DNA of 64,000 nucleotides, taken from the NCBI GenBank assembly GCA_023441625.1, contig JAEZOA010000044.1, positions 40,683-104,682 of the forward strand, read 5' to 3'. Origin of the DNA: Bacillota bacterium. GTDB lineage: Bacteria > Bacillota > Clostridia > Acetivibrionales > DSM-1351. The position numbers were made by a program, and so were the translations under genes. Below, piece by piece: positions 1 through 9,282 of the stretch; positions within the stretch are counted from its first letter, which is position 1, and each line of letters begins with the position of its first letter. The notes under the pieces are model-generated. The model had not been told where the DNA came from. It searched no databases and saw only the letters and a program-made list of their open reading frames with translations.

Positions 1-25
1 GGCATTTTCTCCTTTTAGAACTATT

Positions 26-259
26 CTACTTACCTTCCATAAACCATCGACCATCTTCAAAAAAAAGAAAGACATCCTTTCCCATAACTCTACATCTATA
101 GCGCACGCCGTGACCACCGACCTTGAGGCTTGCGGACAGCTTGTGGTCATAGACTTTGTCAATTTCATAGCTTCTGCCATCATCCCAAACAAAGGACTTG
201 GGCGTAAGCTCTCCATGTGATGAAAAAACCGCATCTACTTGAACATAAACCTTTCTCAT
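26..259 (-). CDS. Small conserved hypothetical protein downstream of dinB
   Basis: ORF MRKVYVQVDAVF...RWFME; start moved to ATG 259 because the upstream in-frame codons lie inside a family B repeat. Confidence 0.75.
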   Translation of the reverse strand: MRKVYVQVDAVFSSHGELTPKSFVWDDGRSYEIDKVYDHKLSASLKVGGHGVRYRCRVMGKDVFLFFEDGRWFMEGK

Positions 260-328
260 AAATATGTCCATGCTCCACATTTAGAACAAAATTCCATTAA
301 AGTACATGCATGGACTCGAACCCCCTTT
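260..328 (-). repeat. Family B leader element, diverged copy
   Basis: AAAGGGGG-TTCGA-GTCCATGC...GCATGGAC-ATATTT-ATG; homologous to 1635-1735 with compensatory stem changes. Confidence 0.75.
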
Positions 329-392
329 GTTACTTATTTTAGTTCTTTCCAACCTTTAAACACCTTATCTAGAATAAACAATATTTTGTAGC

Positions 393-1634
393 TTATTTAA
401 AAAATGAAACTGGATGTATAATATTTTCTTCAACAGGATTGCCATTAAGAGCTTTGTCTCCCAAGAAAAGTGCTCTTTGAATAGAATAATGACCGAAACG
501 TTCTCTTAGAGCATCAATACTTTTTTCAAGAGCTTCCTGCCTTGGTCTTTTATTTTGGGCCTCCAGCAAGGAAAGCTGAGTATAGCTATCAGCTGTAACA
601 AGGTCTGTTACTCTTATCCCAAGTGAACGTATAGGTTTATCCCAACTCCAATTTTTCTTAAATATATCTAAGGCCTTAGTGGCTATCTCGCCAGAAATAA
701 AACTTGGACTCTGGAGTTTTGCCTGCCTTTCAATAGAACTAAGTTCATTGTCTCTCACATATATTTGAAGGGTATTTCCCATAAAGTTATGTTTTCTTAA
801 ACGCTCTGCAACACTTTCTGCAAGAACATAAAGTGTAATCTTCACATCATTATTATTAACTAAATCTCTCGCTGTAGTCATACTATTTCCAATACCTTTA
901 ATTACATTTTGGAAGTCAGCAATGGTAACCTCAGTATCATCCATGCCATTTGCAAAGTCCCACAGCGTATTACCCCATTTGCCAAGTAGCTTTCTCAAAA
1001 AGGCAGGGGATACAGCAGCAAGGTCTCCAATGGTCATAATGCCAATATTGGTAAGCTTTTTCTTGGTAGAACGCCCCACGTATAGTAGCTCCCCCACTGG
1101 TAGTTTCCATACAAGCTCCTTATAGTTCTCTTTTGAAATAACAGTAACTGCATCAGGCTTTTTCAAGTCGCTTCCCAGCTTAGCAAAAATCTTATTAAAG
1201 CTGACACCCACCGAAGCCGTGACTCCCAGCTCACTTTTAATGGTATCTTTTATTTCGTTTGCAATTTTCTCACCTGAGCCATATAGTCCGGTGCTTTCAG
1301 ATACATCCAGCCAGCATTCGTCTATACCAAAGGCTTCTATAAGGTTGGTATATCTGGAGAAAATCTCCCGTGCTTCCTTTGAAAATTTAAGATACAAAGA
1401 GTAGTTAGGGTTTATAACCACGAGGTTGGGACATTTCTGCCTTGCTTGCCAGATAGCTTCTCCTGTACTAATTTGATATTTTTTTGCAATGTAATTTTTT
1501 GCCAGAACAATCCCATGTCGTAAATCCTGACTACCACAAACAGCTACAGGACAATCTCGAATTGATGGGTTGTATAAGCATTCAACTGAAGCATAAAAAT
1601 TATTAAGATCACAGTGCAAAATGGTCCTTTCCAT
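393..1634 (-). CDS. dinB: DNA polymerase IV (Y family)
   Basis: ILHCDLNNFYASVE, GIDECWLD, AKLGSDLKKPD motifs; start at ATG 1634. Confidence 0.93.
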   Translation of the reverse strand: MERTILHCDLNNFYASVECLYNPSIRDCPVAVCGSQDLRHGIVLAKNYIAKKYQISTGEAIWQARQKCPNLVVINPNYSLYLKFSKEAREIFSRYTNLIEAFGIDECWLDVSESTGLYGSGEKIANEIKDTIKSELGVTASVGVSFNKIFAKLGSDLKKPDAVTVISKENYKELVWKLPVGELLYVGRSTKKKLTNIGIMTIGDLAAVSPAFLRKLLGKWGNTLWDFANGMDDTEVTIADFQNVIKGIGNSMTTARDLVNNNDVKITLYVLAESVAERLRKHNFMGNTLQIYVRDNELSSIERQAKLQSPSFISGEIATKALDIFKKNWSWDKPIRSLGIRVTDLVTADSYTQLSLLEAQNKRPRQEALEKSIDALRERFGHYSIQRALFLGDKALNGNPVEENIIHPVSFFK

Positions 1635-1735
1635 AAATATGCCCATGCCCAGCATTTCGCACAAGAACATAAACAATTATGTTAATGAAATGTGCATTTC
1701 CTTATGCATGGGCTCGGTAGCTCCTTGATTTATTT
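1635..1735 (-). repeat. Family B leader element in dinB 5' UTR
   Basis: AAATAAATCAAGGAGCTACCGAGCCCATGCA...TTCTTGTGCGAAATGCTGGGCATGGGCATA; ends near-identical to 57750-57825. Confidence 0.85.
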
Positions 1736-1744
1736 TTTTGCAAC

Positions 1745-1795
1745 AGAACATAAGTTCGTAAATTAATTATACAACCCGAACATATGTTTTGTAAA
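1745..1795 (-). promoter_or_regulatory. dinB promoter with two LexA (SOS) boxes
   Basis: AGAACATAAGTTCG at 1745-1758 and CGAACATATGTTTT at 1777-1790 resemble the Firmicute GAAC-N4-GTTC box; minus-strand TTTACA-N18-TATAAT (1795-1766). Confidence 0.8.
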
Positions 1796-1890
1796 GTGGA
1801 AATAAAATGGAATATATTAAAGTATTGTTAAATGATATTAAAATATCGGAGCAATTTAAGGATAAAGTATAAGAATAGTAAAAGAATATA

Positions 1891-1980
1891 ATTAAACAAC
1901 TTGTTTTGGGCATTCTTTTATAATATTATAGGTATAGCATTTGCTGCATTTGGCTTATTAAATCCTATGATTGCAGGTAG
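1891..1980 (+). pseudogene. Remnant of copper P1B-ATPase (copA) C-terminal transmembrane segment
   Basis: Reads IKQ/frameshift/[26 protein letters not shown], the typical CopA NLFWAF.YN...P.IA motif, directly upstream of copZ. Confidence 0.75.
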
Positions 1981-2040
1981 CTATTATTTTAAATTGTAAT
2001 AGATATTAGTATAAATAACCATTATATAGGAGGGCTTTAC

Positions 2041-2253
2041 ATGACAAACAAAACAGCGATTTTAGAAGTAGAAGGGATGTCTTGCGGTCATTGTGAAAAT
2101 GCTGTAAAAAAATCAGTTGGGGCACTAGATGGCATAAGCAGCGTATCAGTTGATTTAAAAGGTAAAAAGGTTACAGTAGAATTTGATTCTGAGAGAGTAA
2201 CCATTAAAGACATAAAAGACATAATTGAAGACCAGGGATATGAAGTTAAATAG
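2041..2253 (+). CDS. copZ: Copper chaperone (HMA domain)
   Basis: GMSCGHC motif, 70 aa, SD AGGAGG. Confidence 0.92.
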   Translation: MTNKTAILEVEGMSCGHCENAVKKSVGALDGISSVSVDLKGKKVTVEFDSERVTIKDIKDIIEDQGYEVK

Positions 2254-2312
2254 ACAAAAAATGATGAGTTCTAAGGTTTAGGAGTTAAAACTAAATCTTG
2301 GAACTCTTGTTG

Positions 2313-2347
2313 ATATAAGCAATGTTAGCTTGCAAACTTGTTGTTTA
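2313..2347. repeat. Family A hairpin repeat (diverged)
   Basis: ATAAGCAATGTTAGCTTGCAAACTTGTTGTTTA just after the hairpin following copZ. Confidence 0.7.
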
Positions 2348-2418
2348 GTTGCAAAATAATTTGGTATATTATTATAAGAAGATTATTCGATGTGATAAAA
2401 AGAAATGGGGACATATTT

Positions 2419-3384
2419 ATGAGCATAAGATGGGGTATTATTGGTTTAGGTAGGATAGCTACAAGATTTGTAAAGGTTTTAAACACAGCTGATGGGGTTG
2501 AATTAAATGCAGTCGCCTCTCGTGACAAGGCTAAATCAAGGGCTTTTGCAGATGCATTTCATGCAAAAAAATCATATGATAGTTATATTGACTTAATTAA
2601 TGATAGTGAAGTTGACGTAGTATACATAGCACTGACACACAATTTTCATTATGATATTGTAAAGCTTTGTTTGAATCAGGGCAAAGGCGTTCTGTGTGAG
2701 AAGCCTTTAGTTACCAATAAAAAAGAGGCAGAAGAATTAGCAGCACTTTCAAAAGAGAAAAATGTACTTTTGATGGAAGCCATGTGGACAAGGGTTATCC
2801 CTGCCTTTAAGAAGACAAAGGAGTGGGTACATAATGGTAAGATTGGTGATGTAAAGCTAATTAATGCTTCATTTTGTATTAATGTACCTTTTAATCCAGA
2901 GGATAGATTATATAATCCTAAATTAGCAGGTGGTAGTCTATACGATGTTGGAGTATATCCAATTGAATTTACAACAGGTATTTTAGACCAGAGTCCAACA
3001 GTTGTTAATGGTCTTGCAACATTTAGCAAGACAGGTGTTGATGATTTTGCAGTAATAAATATGGGCTTTGAAAGTGGAACTCTAGCTGCACTAAGCTGCG
3101 GGATAACTGCTACTACAAACAGAGATGCTCGGATATATGGGACAAATGGGAATATAGTAGTATATGACTTTTTATGTCCTATGAAATGTGAACTGTATGA
3201 CAATGAAAACAATTTGATAGAATCCTTTGAAGAAACCTTTGAAGACGGCTTTATATATGAAATTAGTCACTTTATGGATTTATATCGTAACAAAAAAATA
3301 GAGAGTGATATTATCCCGCTAAAAGACACAGTTACTTGTGTAGGAATATTTGATGAGTTGATGAAGCAGTGGGGAAAAGCATAG
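2419..3384 (+). CDS. Gfo/Idh/MocA family oxidoreductase
   Basis: WGIIGLGRIA, VLCEKP, GGSLYDVGVYP. Confidence 0.9.
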   Translation: MSIRWGIIGLGRIATRFVKVLNTADGVELNAVASRDKAKSRAFADAFHAKKSYDSYIDLINDSEVDVVYIALTHNFHYDIVKLCLNQGKGVLCEKPLVTNKKEAEELAALSKEKNVLLMEAMWTRVIPAFKKTKEWVHNGKIGDVKLINASFCINVPFNPEDRLYNPKLAGGSLYDVGVYPIEFTTGILDQSPTVVNGLATFSKTGVDDFAVINMGFESGTLAALSCGITATTNRDARIYGTNGNIVVYDFLCPMKCELYDNENNLIESFEETFEDGFIYEISHFMDLYRNKKIESDIIPLKDTVTCVGIFDELMKQWGKA

Positions 3385-3465
3385 TTAGTTTGGTAAAATC
3401 TTTTTATATTATAATAAAAATTTATGCTATTCACAATAATTTATAGTAAAGAGGAGCAAAAGCTA

Positions 3466-4935
3466 ATGAAAATGTTTAAAAGGAAACCATGTAATGAGGC
3501 AACATGTATTTTAAGCTACGTAGAAAACAGGTTTGCTGGGAAGGAGCAAGAGAAACCAAGAGTTGAATATCCAATACATCTAGATGTTTTATCGTATTTT
3601 GATAAACTATTTTCCAATGAGAAGCAAATGGGAACTTCAGCAAAGGAACTATTGGATATTACTTCATCCATGAGTAATTTTGATGTAAATATGTCTCATA
3701 TTGCATATGAATTGATTGATTTTTCTCATGAAATGGCTATCCTTAGCGAATCAAACCTTGCAATTGTTGAGCAAACTACAGCTAGCATGGACCAAGTAAA
3801 TGATACTATAACCGGTGCTGCTGATATACTGGAAAAACTGGCAGCAGACTCTGAAGTGCTGGTAAAAAGTAATCATGAAAGCTTAACTCAAATTAAAGAG
3901 GTTAATGATTTAAAGGAAAATGTATTAAACGACTCAAACATTATGGGTGAGCAAATAGGTAAGCTGGTTAGTATGGCAAATAAAGTAAATGATATTGTAA
4001 ATGGAGTGGCTGCCATTGCGGAACAAACTAACCTTCTTGCTTTAAATGCTTCTATTGAAGCCGCTAGGGCAGGAGAGAGCGGGCGTGGCTTTTCTGTGGT
4101 TGCTGAGGAGATTCGTAAGCTTGCAGATGGCACCAAGAAGAATCTTGAAGGAATGAATTTTTTTGTAAAGAGTATACAGGAGGCTGCTTTGGAAGGAAAA
4201 AAGAGTATGGATAATACTCTGCAGTCAACAGAAAAAATGAGCATGAAGATTGATACAATTACAGATACTATGGAAAAAAATGTAGATATGCTTCAGACGG
4301 TAATAAAAGATGTTAATGCCATTAATCAATCTATTGGAGATGTTAAAACTTCTGTTTATGAAATTAATCAAGCAATGGATTCCTCCAGTCGTGATGCTGA
4401 AAAGCTTAGCCAAATGACACAGCAAATTCACAATGAGGCAGTAATAAGCTCGGAACACGCTAAAAAAATATCTCAGGTTGACGATCAACTATCAAATATT
4501 GTTAAAGATATGATGAGTTCTTTGCATGGAAGTACAAATGCAATTGATAACAATGGATTTTTGAATAACATAACTAAGGCAAAAGAAGCCCATGCTAATT
4601 GGGTACATAATTTAAAACGAATAGTTGATGAAATGAGGGTATATCCACTGCAAACCAATGGAACAAAATGTGCATTTGGACATTTTTATTATGCAATGGA
4701 GGTAACTAACCCTAAAATTTCAGAGGACTGGAAGAAAACAGGAACAATTCACATGGAATTTCACAATCTAGGACAAAAAGTAATTGATGCCGTGAAGGAA
4801 GGGAATTCATCTCAGGCTAAAGAGTATTACCTTTCTGCAGAAAAACTCTCAAAAGAAATATTTCAATATCTGGATAAAATATCTGCAGAAGTTGAGCTTC
4901 AAACTAAAAATGGAGTCAATATATTTAAAAATTGA
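3466..4935 (+). CDS. Soluble methyl-accepting chemotaxis protein with C-terminal CZB domain
   Basis: [33 protein letters not shown] motifs; no obvious TM helix. Confidence 0.9.
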   Translation: MKMFKRKPCNEATCILSYVENRFAGKEQEKPRVEYPIHLDVLSYFDKLFSNEKQMGTSAKELLDITSSMSNFDVNMSHIAYELIDFSHEMAILSESNLAIVEQTTASMDQVNDTITGAADILEKLAADSEVLVKSNHESLTQIKEVNDLKENVLNDSNIMGEQIGKLVSMANKVNDIVNGVAAIAEQTNLLALNASIEAARAGESGRGFSVVAEEIRKLADGTKKNLEGMNFFVKSIQEAALEGKKSMDNTLQSTEKMSMKIDTITDTMEKNVDMLQTVIKDVNAINQSIGDVKTSVYEINQAMDSSSRDAEKLSQMTQQIHNEAVISSEHAKKISQVDDQLSNIVKDMMSSLHGSTNAIDNNGFLNNITKAKEAHANWVHNLKRIVDEMRVYPLQTNGTKCAFGHFYYAMEVTNPKISEDWKKTGTIHMEFHNLGQKVIDAVKEGNSSQAKEYYLSAEKLSKEIFQYLDKISAEVELQTKNGVNIFKN

Positions 4936-4956
4936 TGTCTTTTAGAGAATGGAGTA

Positions 4957-4996
4957 TAAACAACGCAAGTTGGCAAGCCAACATTGCTTATGTTAA
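4957..4996. repeat. Family A hairpin repeat
   Basis: TAAACAACGCAAGTTGGCAAGCCAACATTGCTTATGTTAA between stop codon and terminator. Confidence 0.9.
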
Positions 4997-5056
4997 AAAT
5001 AAAATTGACTCTGCTGTTACAATCTTTGTTATTGTAGCAGCAGAGTCAATTTATTT
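4997..5056 (+). terminator. Intrinsic terminator
   Basis: AATTGACTCTGCTG...CAGCAGAGTCAATT stem plus T-rich tail. Confidence 0.75.
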
Positions 5057-5143
5057 AAACAGTTTTATCTAATGGTTACCGAAGAATCTTGCTTAATAAA
5101 ATGTCTTTGTGAAGTTGCTGAGAGAAAATTATGTAAACCAATC

Positions 5144-5169
5144 ACCTTTTTTAAATCAATTCATACAAT
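5144..5169 (+). promoter_or_regulatory. Putative SigK-type promoter
   Basis: AC-N16-CATACAAT matches the AC-N16/17-CATANNNT consensus. Confidence 0.5.
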
Positions 5170-5218
5170 GGTATAGTACCTTGTAAAAGAATTAAAAACA
5201 TGAAAAGGAGATTTATTT

Positions 5219-5617
5219 ATGGGTGAAGGAATATTTGATTACGACGAATTAAAAGCTCAATTAAAGGCTGAATTAGAGGCAGAATTAAAGGCTAAATTGG
5301 AAGCTGAACTAAAAGCAAAATTGGATGCAGAACAAGAATTTGAAGTAGAAGAGGAAGAATACCATAACCAAAAGCAAATAAATAAACAGATTAATTATAC
5401 TGTTATAACACAAAAACAGTATCAAGGGCAAGCATCTGCTAATGAAGTTGAAGCAGAAAATGAAGCAGAAAATGTAGCTGTAAATGCAGCAGAAAACGAA
5501 GCAGAAAATAAAGCAAAAAACAAAGCAGAATCTGAAGCCGAAAACGAAGCTAAAAATATCGCAAAAGCTGAAAACAAAGCAGAATCTGAAAGTAAACCTA
5601 AGCCAAAGTTTATATAA
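5219..5617 (+). CDS. Low-complexity E/A/K/N-rich repeat protein
   Basis: ELKA and EAEN repeats; SD AAGGAG. Confidence 0.65.
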   Translation: MGEGIFDYDELKAQLKAELEAELKAKLEAELKAKLDAEQEFEVEEEEYHNQKQINKQINYTVITQKQYQGQASANEVEAENEAENVAVNAAENEAENKAKNKAESEAENEAKNIAKAENKAESESKPKPKFI

Positions 5618-5703
5618 ATTAGAAAGAGAAACAGGGGGGATATTCCCCTCTGCTACATAAAGTAATAAAGAAATTATAGCAAAATAGGAGATGGAGCAGA
5701 GCA

Positions 5704-6159
5704 ATGGAAGTACAAAATGAGTTAATTGAAGAGAAGAAAAAACCTAAAAAAGTTGCTGAAAAAAACAAAGGGAGTCTGAAGAAGGAAAGTATTCAGTATA
5801 ATGCGCAAGACTTGGATCAGGAGCAAAAGGTTGATGTAAATCCCGTACAATTAAATACTCAAAATCTTCACGTCCTTGTAAAGAACGAAAATTACTCTGG
5901 TAAAATAACTGGAACTACATATCTAGAGGAAAATAAAGAAACTTTAATTGATGTAAATATACACTTGTTTTTTGGTCATGACCTTAAATTTCCGGTATAC
6001 AAGACGAAATCAGATAATAATGGGAACTTTATTATAGAAGACCTACCTTCAGGCTATTATACTTTAGTTGCAAAATCGGGAGAAGGTCTGAAATATCAGT
6101 CCCATTATATTAAGGTTTTACCTTGCCAGAATGTACATCAATCTATATTATTAAAGTAA
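5704..6159 (+). CDS. Protein with carboxypeptidase-regulatory-like (transthyretin-fold) domain
   Basis: GKITG...TKSDNNGNFIIEDLPSGYYTLVA. Confidence 0.7.
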   Translation: MEVQNELIEEKKKPKKVAEKNKGSLKKESIQYNAQDLDQEQKVDVNPVQLNTQNLHVLVKNENYSGKITGTTYLEENKETLIDVNIHLFFGHDLKFPVYKTKSDNNGNFIIEDLPSGYYTLVAKSGEGLKYQSHYIKVLPCQNVHQSILLK

Positions 6160-6218
6160 TATACTAACGCGCCACAAATTAAAGAAAATTTCAAATGAGA
6201 AAAGAAAGAGATGCATAG

Positions 6219-7664
6219 ATGACAAAAGTTAATTTTAGTGACTATCACTTAAGCAGTGAACTACTTAAAGCAATTAATATGTTAAATTTCAAAAGTCCTA
6301 CAAAAGTACAGAAGCAGGTTATACCAGCAGTAATAGAACAGAAAGATATCATAGTAAAGTCACAAACTGGAAGTGGAAAGACAGCCGCCTTTGCCATTCC
6401 TATTTGCCATATGGTAGATTGGGAAGAAAATAAGCCTCAGGCATTAGTACTCACACCAACAAGGGAGCTTGCTATTCAAGTTAAAGAGGATATTTTTAAT
6501 ATAGGAAGATTTAAAAGGCTCAAAGTAGCTGCAATCTATGGAAAATCCCCTTTCTATAATCAAGAAAAAGAACTTAAACAAAAAACACACGTTGTGGTTG
6601 GTACTCCGGGTCGTACTATAGATCATTTAGAGAGGGGAACCTTTGACATATCTAACATTAAATATCTTGTTATAGATGAAGCAGACGAAATGCTTAACAT
6701 GGGCTTCATAGAGCAAATTGAAACCATAATAGCTAGCCTGCCAAAAGAGCGAGTGACTATATTGTTGTCAGCTACTATGCCCACAGATATAAAGAACCTG
6801 TGTGACAAATATATGAATTTGCCTTTGTTTGTTGAAATAGAAGAGCAAACTTCATCTACGCAGAAGATATACCAAGAAAGATATAGCGTGGAACAAAAGG
6901 ACAAAATGGCACTTTTAAGAGATATCACAATAGTTGAAAATCCAGATAGCTGTATGATATTTTGTAATACAAAGCAGAGGGTGGATGAGGTGTATTTTGA
7001 GCTGACAAAGCTTAAATATTCTTGTCAGAAAATCCATGGTGGTATGGAACAGCAAGATAGACTTCGTGTTATGAATGATTTTAAGCAAGGGTATTTCAGA
7101 TATCTGGTGGCTACAGATGTTGCTGCTAGAGGAATAGATATAGATGACATTACACTTGTGATTAATTATGATATACCACAAGAGAGCGAAAGCTATGTTC
7201 ATAGGATTGGAAGAACAGGACGTGTAGGCAAGGAAGGTAAAGCAATTACTTTTATATCACAAAATGAAGATAAATTTTTAAAAGATATTCAAAGATATAT
7301 CGGTAAGGAGATCCCACTCAAGAGTAAACCTGAAAAAGAAACTGTAAATGGCTTCAAACAAGAATTTGTTGAAAAAATAAATTCTGCACCTGAACTAAAA
7401 GAAACAAAGGGCGCACAGCTAAATAAAGAAATTATTAAATTGCATATCAATGCTGGTAAGAAGACAAAGATGAGACCTGTTGACATCGTTGGTACACTTT
7501 GCAATATAAAAGGCATGTCAGCAGCTGATATAGGAATTATAAATATAGTGGATGTTTCAACTTTTGTAGAGATATTGAATAATAAAGGCGAGATGGTATA
7601 TAGAGAACTGCAAACCACACCAATCAAGGGTAGAATACGAAGGGTGAGTAAAGTGGATGTATAA
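6219..7664 (+). CDS. dbpA: DEAD-box RNA helicase, DbpA type
   Basis: [23 protein letters not shown]-terminal [16 protein letters not shown]-binding domain. Confidence 0.88.
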   Translation: MTKVNFSDYHLSSELLKAINMLNFKSPTKVQKQVIPAVIEQKDIIVKSQTGSGKTAAFAIPICHMVDWEENKPQALVLTPTRELAIQVKEDIFNIGRFKRLKVAAIYGKSPFYNQEKELKQKTHVVVGTPGRTIDHLERGTFDISNIKYLVIDEADEMLNMGFIEQIETIIASLPKERVTILLSATMPTDIKNLCDKYMNLPLFVEIEEQTSSTQKIYQERYSVEQKDKMALLRDITIVENPDSCMIFCNTKQRVDEVYFELTKLKYSCQKIHGGMEQQDRLRVMNDFKQGYFRYLVATDVAARGIDIDDITLVINYDIPQESESYVHRIGRTGRVGKEGKAITFISQNEDKFLKDIQRYIGKEIPLKSKPEKETVNGFKQEFVEKINSAPELKETKGAQLNKEIIKLHINAGKKTKMRPVDIVGTLCNIKGMSAADIGIINIVDVSTFVEILNNKGEMVYRELQTTPIKGRIRRVSKVDV

Positions 7665-7796
7665 AATAAAATACAATTATAATAAAAAACGTTCAATATA
7701 TTGGTAAAATAAGATTAAAAACATGTAGCCAAAAAGCTCCTATTAACATAACATATTAATACTGGATTTTAGAATATAATGTTAGGGGCGGATAAA

Positions 7797-9074
7797 ATGA
7801 ACCAAGTAAAGATACAAAAAACTAGTTATCGTTGGGTTCCAGTTATAGCAAGTATTGCAATTCAAATGTGTTTAGGTACAGCTTATATTTGGAGCGTATT
7901 TCAATCGTACTTAATTATAGGGAAATCAACACCAGAAGCATTGTTTGAGTGGCCGGCAACATATGGAACTCTGGCGTATGCATTACTACTTGGAGTGTTA
8001 ACTTTTGGTAGTACCATTGGTGGTAGAATTCAAGATAAATTAAGAAATCCAAGAGCAGTTATTATTGCAGGAGGTATTATACTGGGGGTAGGATTTTTCC
8101 TCGCCCAATTTACAACTGAATCAACACCTTGGTTACTATGGATCACATATGGAATTTTAGGTGGCTTTGGAATGGGGATGGCATATACCACAACAATTTC
8201 AACTTGTCAAAAATGGTTCCCAGACCGCAGAGGGTTAGTTACTGGAATAATTGTTGCAGCTCTTGGCTTTGGTGGACTAGTATTTACACCAGTAGCAGAA
8301 GCACTTATAAGTCAAGTTGGTGTTTTAAAAACCTTTGCAGTTTTTGGTGTTATATTTGTAGTTGTTACAGTTATAGGATCATTATTTATAAAAAATCCAC
8401 CTGAAGGCTTTAAACCAGAAGGTTGGACACCATCAATAAAAAAGACTACGCATATAGTGCAGGATTTTACTCCTAGTCAAGTTTTAAAAACGCCACAGTT
8501 TTATCTAGTTACGCTAGCTCTTATGTGTGCTACTGCAGCAGGTTCAATGATGATTCCAATGGCAAAAATACTAGGCTTACAGCCTGACAGTGGTTTGTCA
8601 GCAAGTGCAGCTATTGCCGGAGTAATGATTATTTCTGGTTGTAATTCATTTGGAAGAGTATTTTGGGGATGGATATCTGATAAGATTGGAAGAAAGCAAA
8701 CAATATTGATTCTCCTGCTCTTGGCTGGTGCTTCGATTATAGGGGTAGCTTTTGCAAAAGCATATTTAATGCTGGTATTTATTGCGATAATCGGTTTTTC
8801 CTATGGTGGATTTCTTGGAGTATTCCCAGCATTGACAGCTGACTTCTGGGGGACTAAAAATGGCGCACAGATATATGGTATGGTTCTGTTAGGCTTTGGT
8901 GCAGGAGCGGTAGCTTCATCATATATAATAGCATACTTTAGTAAAACAAAAGCATTTACCTCAGCTTTCATAATAGCTGCCATTGCATCAGTTGTAGGAA
9001 TAGTAATAATTTCCTTAGTTAAGGCCCCCAAAGCAATAACTCGGGAAGTTGAAAAAGAAAAAGTAAGCATCTAA
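7797..9074 (+). CDS. MFS transporter, OFA (oxalate/formate antiporter) family
   Basis: About 12 hydrophobic segments; YIWSVF, KWFPDRRGLVTG, GWISDKIGR. Confidence 0.85.
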   Translation: MNQVKIQKTSYRWVPVIASIAIQMCLGTAYIWSVFQSYLIIGKSTPEALFEWPATYGTLAYALLLGVLTFGSTIGGRIQDKLRNPRAVIIAGGIILGVGFFLAQFTTESTPWLLWITYGILGGFGMGMAYTTTISTCQKWFPDRRGLVTGIIVAALGFGGLVFTPVAEALISQVGVLKTFAVFGVIFVVVTVIGSLFIKNPPEGFKPEGWTPSIKKTTHIVQDFTPSQVLKTPQFYLVTLALMCATAAGSMMIPMAKILGLQPDSGLSASAAIAGVMIISGCNSFGRVFWGWISDKIGRKQTILILLLLAGASIIGVAFAKAYLMLVFIAIIGFSYGGFLGVFPALTADFWGTKNGAQIYGMVLLGFGAGAVASSYIIAYFSKTKAFTSAFIIAAIASVVGIVIISLVKAPKAITREVEKEKVSI

Positions 9075-9282
9075 GCAAACCAGCAAGGATTTAAATAATA
9101 AGGTTTTTAATAAGGTTAAAACAAAAGCGATGGGATTTAGCAGTCCTATCGCTTTTTTATAATTAAATCTTTGTCTTATTAATATAATACGTTATAATTT
9201 AAAGGTATGGAAATATAAAATAAATATAAAGGATAATACATAAAAAATAACTAATAATATTAAAAGAGAAGGAATAAAAACT

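Noticed and set aside
1635..1676. N-terminal extension MFMFLCEMLGMGIF of DinB, and MWSMDIF at 260-280
   Set aside because: Both are translations of the family B repeat; the conserved proteins begin at 1634 and 259
2405..2423. GGACATATTTATGAG shared with the family B right end at 255-269
   Set aside because: No left stem arm or internal B sequence; could be an ordinary SD and spacer
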